A stretch of 64,000 nt of DNA from the human T2T-CHM13v2.0 reference genome, Homo sapiens: assembly GCF_009914755.1 (NCBI RefSeq), contig NC_060932.1; one strand, written 5' to 3'. The notes below the pieces were generated by a model that made no database searches, was not told the origin of the DNA, and was given only the letters and a program-made list of their open reading frames with translations. Positions 1 through 14,377 of the stretch are shown piece by piece. The stretch's first letter is position 1, and each line of letters starts with the position of its first letter. The translations under genes were made by a program, and so were the position numbers.

Positions 1-36
1 CAGTTTGTCCAAAGGCTCCGTGTGGACAGCCTCGTG
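1..36 (-). CDS. FAM86B1/FAM86B2: FAM86B coding exon 4 (partial, runs off window)
   Basis: CAG acceptor at 39-37, then HEAVHTEPLDKL. Confidence 0.88.
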
Positions 37-177
37 CTGGGGGCAGACAGAGTGAGAGCTTGTTTGCTTTCGTTCTAATCTGTAAAAATGGCCAGATGAT
101 TTTCACCAAGTTTGGAGGGGAGATTTGGGATGGAATGGTGTAATACCGGCCAGCTGGTATATAAAATACTCACTTCG

Positions 178-299
178 TTGGGCGTGGTGGTGTGTGTCGA
201 ATAGTTCCAGCTACTCTAAAGGCTGACGTGGGAGGACTGCTTGAGCCCAGGAGTTCGAGGACAGCCTGGGCAACAGAGATCTTGTCTCTAAAAAAAAAA
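178..299 (+). mobile_element. Alu monomer (FLAM/AluJ-like)
   Basis: Single Alu arm ending in poly-A. Confidence 0.75.
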
Positions 300-761
300 T
301 TATTCCACTTGGTAGGGAAACCTGGATGGGAGGGCTTTCAACAAGAGGTGTTGAGAGGGTAGGGTTAGGTGTAGTCTAGGGCAGGAGACAAGGATTCCGT
401 GAGAGCTGCCACATGACCATGACAGAGAGCTCTGTGTTTGGATCAAACACAGAGAGGAGGAAAACAAAAGGTGCTTTTAAGTGAGCCCAGGCAGAACTGT
501 GAGGGCGGCCCATGCTGCAGGCTGTGGCTGTCAGCAGGCTGCTTCTCCACAGCTGGCCCAGTCCTAGGATTCACAGGGCAGCAGCAGGGTACACTGGGTG
601 ACTGCTGCCCTCTCGTGGTGGCACAGGGCAGACCTGCTGGTGACCAGAGATGCACCCTTTTGGGGAGAACTAGGGAGAAAGCAGGTATTGGAGAAGCAGG
701 GGATTGTTTATTTGTTAAAAGTGTGGCCCTTTCACTCAGCAGGTCTGCTACTGCCTACTAA

Positions 762-1165
<404 letters not shown>

Positions 1166-1662
1166 AAAATCCATCCTATATCAGTCAGGAAAGAGCTCAT
1201 TCCAGCAGGATCAATGCAGAGAATTCACCAGAGGAACTAGTTCCAAAGGTATGGCAAGAGCTAAAACTTCCAACAGGGGCCCGTGGGGCAACCCAGAGAC
1301 GGACAAGAGCAGGAAACTCCAAACCCTTTGGTGGGCAGGACAGAGGGTGTGGGTGATGGTTCCAGTGCTGTGGGCTGGTCCAGCCTGGTAGGAATGAGAA
1401 TCCATATGCTAGGAGCTGAGGCCCCAGAGAAGCAGCTGCTGTGGAAACCCCAGAGGGCAGACTCAGGGAGAGATGCTGGCCTCCCCTTATTCCCACCCTG
1501 CACTGTCTCCCATGGGTCACACTCAGCTGCAGCCAGTTGCCTGGGGAGGGCCCTGCCATGCTGGGGTTTGCAAAGCAGGCCCAGGGCCTGGGAAGGACGG
1601 AGTGTGCAGCACACCGGTGGCTATGCTGTCCAGCTACTGGGCGGACACTGCCTATAACTGAT

Positions 1663-1743
1663 CTTTTTGATGAGTTCTGAGAGAAAGCACCAGGCATACT
1701 TGACTGACGGCGGGTGCTTCACACACACAGGATGCCTCACAGT
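1663..1743 (-). CDS. FAM86B1/FAM86B2: FAM86B coding exon 3 (donor site non-canonical)
   Basis: 81 nt, TVRHPVCVKHPPSVKYAWCFLSELIKK, with a TAG acceptor. The following intron starts ATCAGT instead of GT. Confidence 0.88.
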
Positions 1744-2170
1744 CTACGGCAAAGGACAGAACGTTGGTTGCTTGAGAGCCCGTCTTAAGTCTCCTATGAG
1801 CTTCAAGCCAACACAGCAGAGGGCAAACTCCAGGCTACCCGATCCCTCAGCAAAGATGCAGATGGACACAGCGTTCTGGCCCCATGCATCTGAAGTTTGT
1901 CTTAAGATATAAGCCGTTTCCTAAAAATGCTTCCACTGCAGTGGCACAGGCTATGGCAGCATTTCTAATGCCCATTCTGAGCAGGAACACAGGGCATGTG
2001 GGCCCAAACCACCTCCCTCCCAGGGGAGCCAGTGTGAACCAGGGTTTGCAGTAAGGTCAGTCGCCAACTATCTGGCTTTATGGAAGAGGCGGGAAGGCCC
2101 ACTCAGCAACTGCTCTCTGGGAGCGTGTGTCCCTGGGGACAGGATGGAGGGGAGGGGAAGCTCAGGGTGA

Positions 2171-2741
<571 letters not shown>

Positions 2742-3633
2742 TTGTGCTGGGTTTTAAAGCAGCTCTCCCTACATCTCATGCTTCACCACCTATGAGAGTG
2801 AGGCTCAGGGTGAAACTCAGAGCAAGGTGCGAGATAACTTCAGGTATCTCCATGCTCGAAGCCCTGACCTACTGTATTGCCCCGAAAGTCTTCCCTGCTG
2901 TGGCTGCATCTTTTCCACGTGGATAATCTTGGTTCATCTCTAGCACAGGAATTCTTCACCGGGGCTCCTAGGATGGGCTGGGTGGGTGGGCGTGGAGGAT
3001 GTCTGCCTCCCCTGAGTTTGTATGGAAAATGTATTCTGGTGCACTTCTTTCTGGGAGGGAGTCTATTGCTTTGTCTTTTCAGAAGGGCTCATGGCCCTTT
3101 GAAGGTGAAGACCCAGGATGCAGGGTGATCTGCACTTGGCCCTCAATGCCAAGGTCAGCCTGTGGCTGGGCCAGGTGGTGATCCTGGCTCTCACTTGCAT
3201 GCAGATGCACTTGAGTCCAAACCCCACCCTGGGCAAAGCAAGGGCCCATTTAGGTCTAGAAGAGACAGGAGTGGGCGGGACAGGCCTCATGAATGCAAAA
3301 AAGAAAGTCTCTGAGCATCTACCAAATGCTAGAAGCTGTTTTGCACCTGTCATCTCTGTTTTTGCTGTGGATGGTTTAAAAAACATTCCCTAGATTTCCC
3401 CCCTCTTGCAGAATTTTGTATATTCTGATGTCTTTTCTAAGTCTTACATAGAAAACGAAACCGTAGGAGCTGTCGGAGGTGCTGACACCCTCCTGAAGTG
3501 CTGACTCAATGGTTTTGTTCTTTGAAGAGGGCTGTTTTTAAAGGGTACAAGCACACCTGTGCTGCTTCTCTCAGGTCTTCCGGAGAGATTCAAGAGGCAG
3601 GATCATGAGTCCCAGGGACTCTGGGATTCTTAC

Positions 3634-3696
3634 CTTCTGCAAAATATCCCGCAGCAGCTCAGAATCTGATGAGTCTCTTAACTTTGCCTCTAAGCT
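3634..3696 (-). CDS. FAM86B1/FAM86B2: FAM86B coding exon 2
   Basis: 63 nt, SLEAKLRDSSDSELLRDILQK, with an AG acceptor (3698-3697) and a GTAAGA donor. Confidence 0.92.
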
Positions 3697-4149
3697 CTGT
3701 GTGGATGGGAGAGAGAGAAATCTCAAGGGCCCATTCACAGGAACATTAAACACGCAATAGAATGTGTTGGCAAAGCTCTATGTGATCCCTCCCTGGGGAC
3801 GTGGAGCCAGTTGGAAGTGGAAGCCACAGCGGCTGAAAGCCTGACCTTCAGATGTCGCAGGGTGCACCTGGATGAGTCACAGGAAGAAGGCTGACTCTTG
3901 GTCGCATTAGTCCTGGCTACTCAGCTGCCACCCAGGTCATGGGCCAGCTCCCTGGTTACACTGGTCAGCCAGGAATTACCAGGGCAGCCATGGCACCAAG
4001 GTTTGATGGGCTTGCCATCTGAGTTTAAGTGGAAATGCAGAATGTGCCCATACCAGCCTGGGTTACATTGTCCTCTTACAGGGGCCTCAAGCCCAGCAGT
4101 GAGCTTTGGCTCCCGAGTTAGGCAGACTGTCTCGGCTGGTATGTGACAC

Positions 4150-4640
4150 ATGGCAAGGCACTTCATTGCTTCAGAGCTCCTTCTATGCCATAAAAGGCCC
4201 TACAAGGCCTGCTGCTAATCCCCCTCTCTGGCCTGTTCTCCCTCACCACTGGCCCACCCTGCTCACTCCACTCCAGCCACACTGGCTGCCTTGCTGTTGT
4301 TCCTCAACCACAGCTGGCTTATTTCCACAACAGGGCCTTTGCATATCTTGTTCCCCAAACCCTTCCCATGGCTGGCTGCTTCACCACTCAGGTCCCAGTT
4401 CAAATGCCACCTCTTTGGGGAAGGCTTCCCTGATTCCCTGACTTTGGTGACACTTCTCCCCAGTTGCTCCATTCACCATTTCCCTGTTTTATTGGCTTTA
4501 AAGCCACTCTCATCTGGTCTTTTCTTGTTTATTCATTTATTCTCTGGCTCTCCCATGCAAGCAGAGCCTCATCTATCATGGGTACTGCCGATCCATGGTG
4601 CCTGGCTCACGGAAGGCATTTATTAAACATTTTGAGACTG
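4150..4640 (+). mobile_element. L2 3' fragment
   Basis: CTCCAGCCACACTGG...CAGGGCCTTTGCA motif typical of L2 3' ends; boundaries approximate. Confidence 0.7.
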
Positions 4641-4659
4641 AAGAAAACACTAGCTAACA

Positions 4660-4880
4660 CCGACATGCATTTACCATGAGCCAGGCACTGATCCGCAGGC
4701 ATTTGTACTCAACGCTGAGAACAACCCTAAGAGGTAGGTATCATTATATCCCCCATTTTATTAATAAGAAAACAATAGCACAGAGAGATACAGTCACTTG
4801 CCCAAGGTCACACAGGGCCAGGGGTTGGGCCAGGATTCGAAGCAGGCAGGCTGTCTCCTGGGTCTGAACTCTCAACTACT
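4660..4880. mobile_element. MIR
   Basis: MIR core ...CCCCATTTTA...CACTTGCCCAAGGTCACACAG. Confidence 0.75.
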
Positions 4881-5429
4881 TCACCCTAATCAAACAATCC
4901 CTCTGGTCAAATGTGAGTGATAATAATAGTACCCACCTGGTGGGTGTTGAGGGTGAGCCCAAGTTAGCATTCAGTGTGGGCATGTGAACAATTATAGTCA
5001 ATATTGAATGGAGACCTATGATGCTTTTATGAAGGTTTCTATTTTGGGTTAAAAATGCACACATTTCTCCTGACCAGAAATGATCTCTGAGTGCTAAATA
5101 TTTTATGTCAATGGAATAACACAAATGATTAAGCAACACCCCATAAAATGGGGCAGACCCAGGGAGGAATATATATCCAAACTGACTCATCCAGTGAGCT
5201 CAATGCACATGAATTACAAATGGAACGGGGTGCATTAAGCCCCTCTGCTGGCAGAAGGGAGGCTGCTGCCTGCCATGTGCCTGTGCTGAGAATGGCAGGT
5301 CCCCAGGGAGAGGAGAGGCCACCCCCTTCTCTGTCTCTTCCATCACAGGCGTGAAAGCCTCAGCGCATGAGCCGATTCTGTGCAGTGCTCGACATACAGA
5401 TGAGAACACTGAGGCACGAGGGACAGCCT

Positions 5430-7060
5430 GTGACCTGGTCACCGCGCTCAGGAGGAGGTGGTTACCCGCGGGCCTGAGGGCGCTGACTTTTTAGAATGGG
5501 CGAGTGCAGCTGTGTCCCAGTGACCAGAACGATTACTGCCTTTAAAAAGTCGTGAAAATGATCGTGAACCGTACCCCACACCGAGCGCGCGTCTACCCCC
5601 TAAGGCGGTGGAGACGCCCCCAGCTTCCGCCGCCAGCTCGCGGGGCAGAAGGGGTGCGAGCGACTCTGGCCAGGCCCCAGGGACGGGGACCGGGTCTCGC
5701 GGCCCTGACCGAGGAGAGCCCAGGAACTCACGTGGCCGGAGCGCCGGGGGTTTCAGCACGGAGACCCATCCCGTCTGCCCCTGGACTCCCGCGACCCCCG
5801 CGGGCCTCTCCGCTCGCCCCGCCGCCCACCTGCCAGGGGAAGGAGCGCAGTGTGCGCACCGCCAGGAAGCGGCGCTCAAAACCCTGCAGCAAGAGTTCGG
5901 TCCCCGCGTTCTCCTCGGGCGCCATAACGTGGGCGAGGCCGCAGCCGTTGCCGGGAGACCTGGAGGAAGCCGGGCCTGGACTGAAGAGGGGGCGGGCCGA
6001 GGGCAGTGCGCGGGGGCAGAGAGGGGGCGGGGCCTGGGGATAGGGTCAGGAGGTGCGTCCTGGGGGCGGACTCTAGGGCGGGGCCAAGATGAGCGTTAGG
6101 AGGGCGGGGCCTGGGGTAGGGCCAGGATAAGCGACATCGGGGCAGGTCCTGGGTAGAGTCCAGGTTGGCGGTTCCTGGGGCAGGGCCAGGATAGGGCGAT
6201 CCTGGAAGCTGGGCTTCGGAAGCGTCCAGGTTGGTGGCGTCCTGGAGGCGGTGCCTTGCGTGGGGGCAGGATAAGAGTCCTGGAGGCGGGCATTAGGGCG
6301 CGGATAAACGCCATTGGATTCAGGAGGCGGGACCCAGAGCAGAGCCCAGGAGACAGGTCTTAGGGCGGGGCTAAGGCCAGGCCCAGAGAAGGGCTCAGGA
6401 GGCGGGGCAGGGGCGGGGCGTTGACTATGTCGTAGAACATGGCCAGGCGGTGCGCGGACTCTGGGAGGCGAAGCTTAGGACGGGCCCACTTGGGGAGGGG
6501 CCCAGTGCCCGGGAGGCGGGGCCGAGTCCGGGCTGGGCTGCGCTCAGGAGGCGGGCCCTGGGAGGCGGAGCTTAGGGAGGGGCCGGTGTTGGGAGGGACC
6601 CAGGGACTGGGAGGCCGGTTGGGGCTGGGCTCAGGGGCCGAGACCTAGCTGGGCTTGGGTCGGGGCCGAGACGGAGCGAGGGGTCCAGGGTGTGGGAAAC
6701 GGGGAGGGGTTTGAGGAGGGGATCGGAATGTGGCTCAAGTTCGGGAGGCGTTACCTGCGGAGGGTTTGAGGCAGGCCCAGGAGCGAGCCCATGGTCTTCC
6801 GACGCGGGGCCAGGGGCGGGGCCCAGGATCCGGAGCTTCGTGCGGGGCCGAGTCCAGGTTTGGGGCCCGGGAGGCGGGGCCAGTTAGGGCGAGGGTCCCT
6901 GGGATCGTCGGGTCAGGCCTTGGGCTAACGTAGGCACTCTCGCAGTTCCTCCGCCTTCAGGAAGGTCTTTTCAGCAGGGGCCTTACGGGTGCATGCTTCG
7001 GTCCTGGAGGCCTTATCCTAGCCTCCTCTCCATCAGCGCCACCCGTCTGGGGCCCGAAAG
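5430..7060. promoter_or_regulatory. CpG island / GC-box-rich promoter of FAM86B, probably bidirectional
   Basis: High GC and CpG density spanning exon 1; many GGGCGGGG (Sp1/KLF) boxes, e.g. near 6024, 6077, 6102, 6363, 6411 and 6813. Confidence 0.85.
5830..5925 (-). CDS. FAM86B1/FAM86B2: FAM86B (EEF2KMT paralog, putative protein lysine methyltransferase) coding exon 1
   Basis: ATG at 5925 reads MAPEENAGTELLLQGFERRFLAVRTLRSFPWQ (96 nt), followed by a GT donor at 5829-5828. The QG/AVR residues match FAM86B rather than EEF2KMT as I recall them; the exact paralog cannot be resolved. Confidence 0.9.
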
Positions 7061-8296
7061 GAGGGAGCTTTCCCTCTGTCCCCCAGCCTTTGGACTGTCA
7101 CTAAACAAGCCATTCGTTCATCAAATACTTTTTAAGCGCCTACCATGTGCCTGACAAGGGAGATGTAACGGTGAGAAAAACTAGGTGTGGTCCAGGCCCT
7201 TCAGGGGCTCAGGTGCTCGTGGAAGAAGTGGACATTGAAGTACTTATCACACAAATGAGGATAAAAGTACGATAACGATATCTACCACGAAGGTGAGCAG
7301 ACAGAGCTAGCGGGGCTTGCAGGAGGAGTTTTGATCTTGCAGGGACAGGAAGGAGGAGTTAGCTCCTGCGGGGTGGGATTGGGGGTGGTGGTGATATAGA
7401 CGTGGGGACAGAGTGGAAAACAACAAAAATATAATTATTTTAGTTCAAAGTTATTGTGTCTTGAGTTGAAAGGCAGGGCAGTTAGCAACACAGCTTAGAT
7501 TTCAGTACTGCTCCTGAAATCTGAACTGTGTTCAAAGTCTAAAACGTTTACCTTAGCAAATTCCTCATCAAACTCCATTTGGAAGAGTCCCGAGAGCTAA
7601 TTTGTTAAGTATACTTGCAAAAGGTAGATGAGGAGACAGATAAAATCTTATTACCTCTTTCAGATGAGAGGCACTTGAGCCCTGCTCAGCTATGAGAATA
7701 AGAGAGGGGAATTAATTCTAATTGAATACACTTGTTCTCTTATAGCTGTTGTTCCCCACCAGAACCAAATGAGCGCAAGATCTGACAAAGAAAAAAAAAG
7801 GTTCATCTTTTATTCCTCCAAACACTTTCATTTAAATCAAGAGGATGGGATGTGGTTATTGCTGTGTTTTTAGACAGAATCAACGGTTTCTGGGTCTGAG
7901 ATGTTGCATACACCTTCTCAGTCCCTGTATCCTGAGATGGAGTCACCTGAGAATCCACAGCAAGTCCTAACCAGGGATGGGTCTGGGTGATTAAGGAAGG
8001 TTGGCTTCAGAACTGGGCCAGGGGCACTGCTTTGCTTTTGCTGTTTTGATCAGCTCTCTGCCTGAAGGAGACAAGAAAAACCAACGGGAACAGGTTAGTT
8101 ATACTGATAAATCCTGGGCTTATTTTATTAACTCACATAATAGCTATTGTCTTTCCTCCAAGGAGCAAAAGGGCATATACGGTCAATGCCATAGTAAGTA
8201 ACACTGTATTATGTTATACTAAAATATTAATAAATCTAGGTTGGTTCAGTCTTTCCTGAGTCCACAGATTGGAAGCAGATTGAGGAAGGACGCTAG

Positions 8297-9017
<721 letters not shown>

Positions 9018-9676
9018 TCACTGAAGGGATTTTTTTAATGTCACGTGGCTCTCACAGGTGCGGTGTGTTTGGGTGCAAGTGAAGATTACGACTGATGCTT
9101 AAAAACAAATGTAAAATTCCAGGTGGTGTTGCTATGGGGAGCAGCTTTAGGACAATCTGAGTGGTTTCAGTTGCAAGAGTGTGCGTGTACGTGCAAGTGC
9201 TACAGTCAAGATTCAACTGCTGGCTTTGAGGGCCTCTTTAAGAACAGTAATGATAACCTAAGGCAGTTTAACAGTATGGAATGGTTACCTTTTAGAAGTT
9301 AAGCTATGGGCATGGAAGTTCAATCAGTGCATTGAAGTTTTTCCTTTATCTCTCCTATGGTTAATGGTTTCTGCAGAAAAGGACCAATTGATTTCTTTCT
9401 AAAACGTTGCTTCAGGGTGTAGAGACCTTTATAGGTCATGTTTCAACTTACAGAAAATTTTTATAGTTCAAATATAAATTAAGTTCAATGTGGAATTTGT
9501 AATAGAATTTCAGGTGAAGTAAAATTTCCACTTTCCTTAGGCTGTTTGCAGTGCCCAGCAGGCCCCATGATATCGAGATGGAAGTTCTGTTAAAGGAGGA
9601 GATTGATCAGGGATGGGCAGAATAAGGAATATGGGCAGCTCAGGCTAATGATACAATGATTGAGATGTAGAAAGAG

Positions 9677-9967
9677 GGTCAGGCACGGGATAACGCCTGT
9701 AATCCCACTGCCTTGGGAGGCCAAGACAAGAGAATCGATTGAGGTCAGACCAGCCTGGTCAACAGAGTGAGACCTAACCTGTACAAAAAAAAAAAAAAAA
9801 AAAAAAATTAGTTGGGCATGATGGTGTGCACCTGTATTCTCAGCCACTTGGAAGGCTGAGGTCAGGGGATCCCTTGAGCCCAAGAGTTTGAGGCTGCAGT
9901 GAGCTATAATCACATAACTGTACTCCAGCCTGGGTGACAGGGTGAGGCCCTGACTCAAAAAAAAAAT
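9677..9967 (+). mobile_element. AluJ-like
   Basis: Diverged dimeric Alu with an expanded A linker. Confidence 0.9.
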
Positions 9968-9984
9968 TGAGTCAGGGAAAAAAT

Positions 9985-10138
9985 TTGAAATCTTAATCCT
10001 CAGTACCCAGGAATGTGACCTTATTTGGAAATAGGGTCTTTCTAGATGTAATCAAGTGACAATGAGTCATCCTGGATTGGGGGCTGCTGGTGAGGGGGCA
10101 GATACAATGACTGGTGTCCTTATAAAAGAAGAGAATGA
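9985..10138 (+). mobile_element. MLT1 (MaLR) LTR fragment
   Basis: GAATGTGACCTTATTTGGAAATAGGGTCTTT...ATGACTGGTGTCCTTATAAAAG motif. Confidence 0.75.
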
Positions 10139-10254
10139 GGGCCGGGCGTGGTGGCTCATGCCTGTAATCTCAGCACACTTTGGGAGGGTGAGGTGGGGGG
10201 ATCACTTGAAGTCAGGAGTTCGAGACCAGCCTGGCCAATAATAACAATAAAAAA
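10139..10254 (+). mobile_element. Alu left-arm fragment
   Basis: GGCCGGGCGTGGTGGCTCA... truncated after CCTGGCCAA. Confidence 0.85.
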
Positions 10255-10469
10255 GCCTTTTTAGATTCCAAGCCACTGAAAGAAAACTGTCCCTTAGTTA
10301 ATGTCATGCTTATTGGATCCATGAAGTCTTTGAAAATTTAAACTACAAGGACACTGCTCTCTGTGGTGGTGGAGAGAATACCAAGGATTTAAAGGTCTTT
10401 AAGAAAGAGAATGTAGAAAGCGTACCCATTGGAAACAGCACGATGATGATAATCGTACTGACAGTAATA

Positions 10470-10690
10470 ATAAGCTCAAATATATAGAGCTTACTATGTA
10501 TCATGAATTGTTCTGAATGCTTTATAAATATATGTTACCTCCTTTACCCTCATGACAGCCCAGTAAAGGCGCCATTCCCCATTTTACAGCTGGGGAAACT
10601 GAGTTACAGAGCTTGTCTGCACTGAGTCATCAGGAGCAAATGCTAGATCAGGTAATTGAACCCAAGCAATCTGGTTCCAGAGCCAAATAG
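10470..10690. mobile_element. MIR
   Basis: CCCCATTTTACAGCTGGGGAAACTGAG core. Confidence 0.7.
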
Positions 10691-10846
10691 ATGTATTTTT
10701 TATGTTATACAAACATATACATATATTTTTAGGGGAAGGGTGGGTGTAGGATGGGATGAGGATTCTGGGTAATTGCTTGGTAAATACCAAATACCTTTCT
10801 TGTCTGTCCTTCTTTTCAAATGATAAAGTAATGTCAGTTGCAACAC

Positions 10847-11151
10847 TTTTTTTTTTTTTTTTGAGAGAAGGTCTAGCTGGAGTACAGTGATGCAGTCACA
10901 GCCCACTGCAGCCTCAAATTCCTGGGCTCAAGCAATCCACCCACATCAGCTTCCCAAGTAGTTGGGACTAGAGGCCCACAATACCATGCCCAGCTAATTA
11001 TTTTAATTTTTGTAGAGATGGCAGGTGGCGGTGAGGGGCGGGCGGTTTTGCTATGTTGCCCAGGCTGGTCTCAAACTCTTGACCTCAAGTGAACCTCCTG
11101 CCTCAGCCCCACAAAGCTCTGAAATTATAGGCATGAGCCACTGTGGCTGGC
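10847..11151 (-). mobile_element. AluJ-like
   Basis: Diverged reverse Alu. Confidence 0.9.
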
Positions 11152-11349
11152 TACAATACTATTTATTTATATTTTAGACCAACAGGTATTCTACCATATA
11201 AGAAATATGATGTTCTCTGTACATTGAAGAGTTGGTCTAATATTTGGCCTGGTGGATGGAGAAATTGCCTGTCTGCTCCGCTCTGGTTGAAGAAACCAGT
11301 CTGACTGTCTCTGAGGCTATGGAGCAGTCCATGAAGAATGAAAGCCCTT

Positions 11350-11650
<301 letters not shown>

Positions 11651-12270
11651 GAATGAATGTCCTCATGATGGCCTCAAGCACATTGGTCCCTGAAGAGAGC
11701 CAAGGAAGGCCCACTTTACTCTGCACTGCAAAGCAGGCAGGTGGACAGGATGAGAAGTGGATTCAGTGACAGGCATTGACCCAAAGGATTTTCTGCCTAA
11801 TGGTCGGTTCAGCAGAAGATTAAACTGAGCACAGCATCCTGTTCCCTCAAACTGTCTGGTTGGTCAGTGGGGAATGTTCTTGTCTCGTTAAATGTCCTCA
11901 TGCTACTGTCAAGATATCCTGTTACAAAACATCATAAACCAGGTTTACAAATAGGCCAGGTGACTGTGGAATTTCTCCTTGGCAAGGCCTTAGCTATGGG
12001 CATGCGATTGGTGTGCAGTAATCACAGTGTTCCGGGCCACTTGAGGGATAAAATATACCTTAGGTGATAAACTGTTGTATTTTAATGTGAATATTTCCAC
12101 CAACACTAAACAGTAACCCCATGAGTTTTCTCATACCTGTTACACTGTGGAGTTGCAACAAGCTAACAAGCAAGTTGCAAACAGAATTATCGCATTTGGC
12201 TCTTATTCACAGCCAGGGTTCTTCAAGCTGTACCTGGGACAGTCTTCCCTCACATGAGGTTTATAGCATC

Positions 12271-12580
12271 ATTTATTTCATTATTTATTTATTTTTTGAG
12301 ACGGAGTTTCGCTCTGTCGCCCAGGCTGGAGTGCAATGGCGCGATCTTGGCTCACTGCAACCTCTGCCCCCCCGGGGTTCACGCGATTCTCCCGCCTAAG
12401 CCTCCCGAGTAGCTGGGATTATAGGCACCCGCCACCACGCCCGGCTAATTTTTGTATTTTTAGTAGAGATGGAGTTTTACCATGTTGACCGGGCTGGTCT
12501 CAAACTCCTGACTTCAGGTGATCCACCCGCCTCAGCCTCCCAAAGTGTTGGGATTACTGGCATAAGCCACAGCGCCCGGC
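12271..12580 (-). mobile_element. AluS
   Basis: Full Alu; TSD TATAGCATCATTTA. Confidence 0.95.
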
Positions 12581-12719
12581 TATAGCATCATTTAAACTTT
12601 GTTTCTGCCATGAATTGTTAGTTGGTAGTTAACAAAAAATAGACCACCTCATTTATGTCTCACAGTTAGCATTGGTTTTTGTGTTTTCTTTAGGCTTGTT
12701 TTTTAATTGTTTTTAAAAT

Positions 12720-13307
<588 letters not shown>

Positions 13308-13319
13308 CTTAAAGCTGCT

Positions 13320-14200
<881 letters not shown>

Positions 14201-14377
14201 TTTGATATGGGCAAATGAGAACCAGCGGCAGGGGGCCTCTGTGGTGACGTTTTTGGTGATCTTCGTGTACTCTGTATAATGATCAGCCACTCAGGCTTGG
14301 GGGCAGCACTTAACCTTACATTCTTTCTTTTTTTAAAGATAGGGTCTCTCTCTCTGCCACCCAGGCCAGAGTGCAGT

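Noticed and set aside
5448-6933. Overlapping 65-163 aa Gly/Arg/Pro-rich ORFs
   Set aside because: Expected stop-codon scarcity in a CpG island; only 5925-5830 is a recognisable exon.
7650-8240. Specific exon model for a divergent lncRNA
   Set aside because: Several plausible acceptors, a donor near 8094 and AATAAA exist, but sequence alone cannot choose among them.
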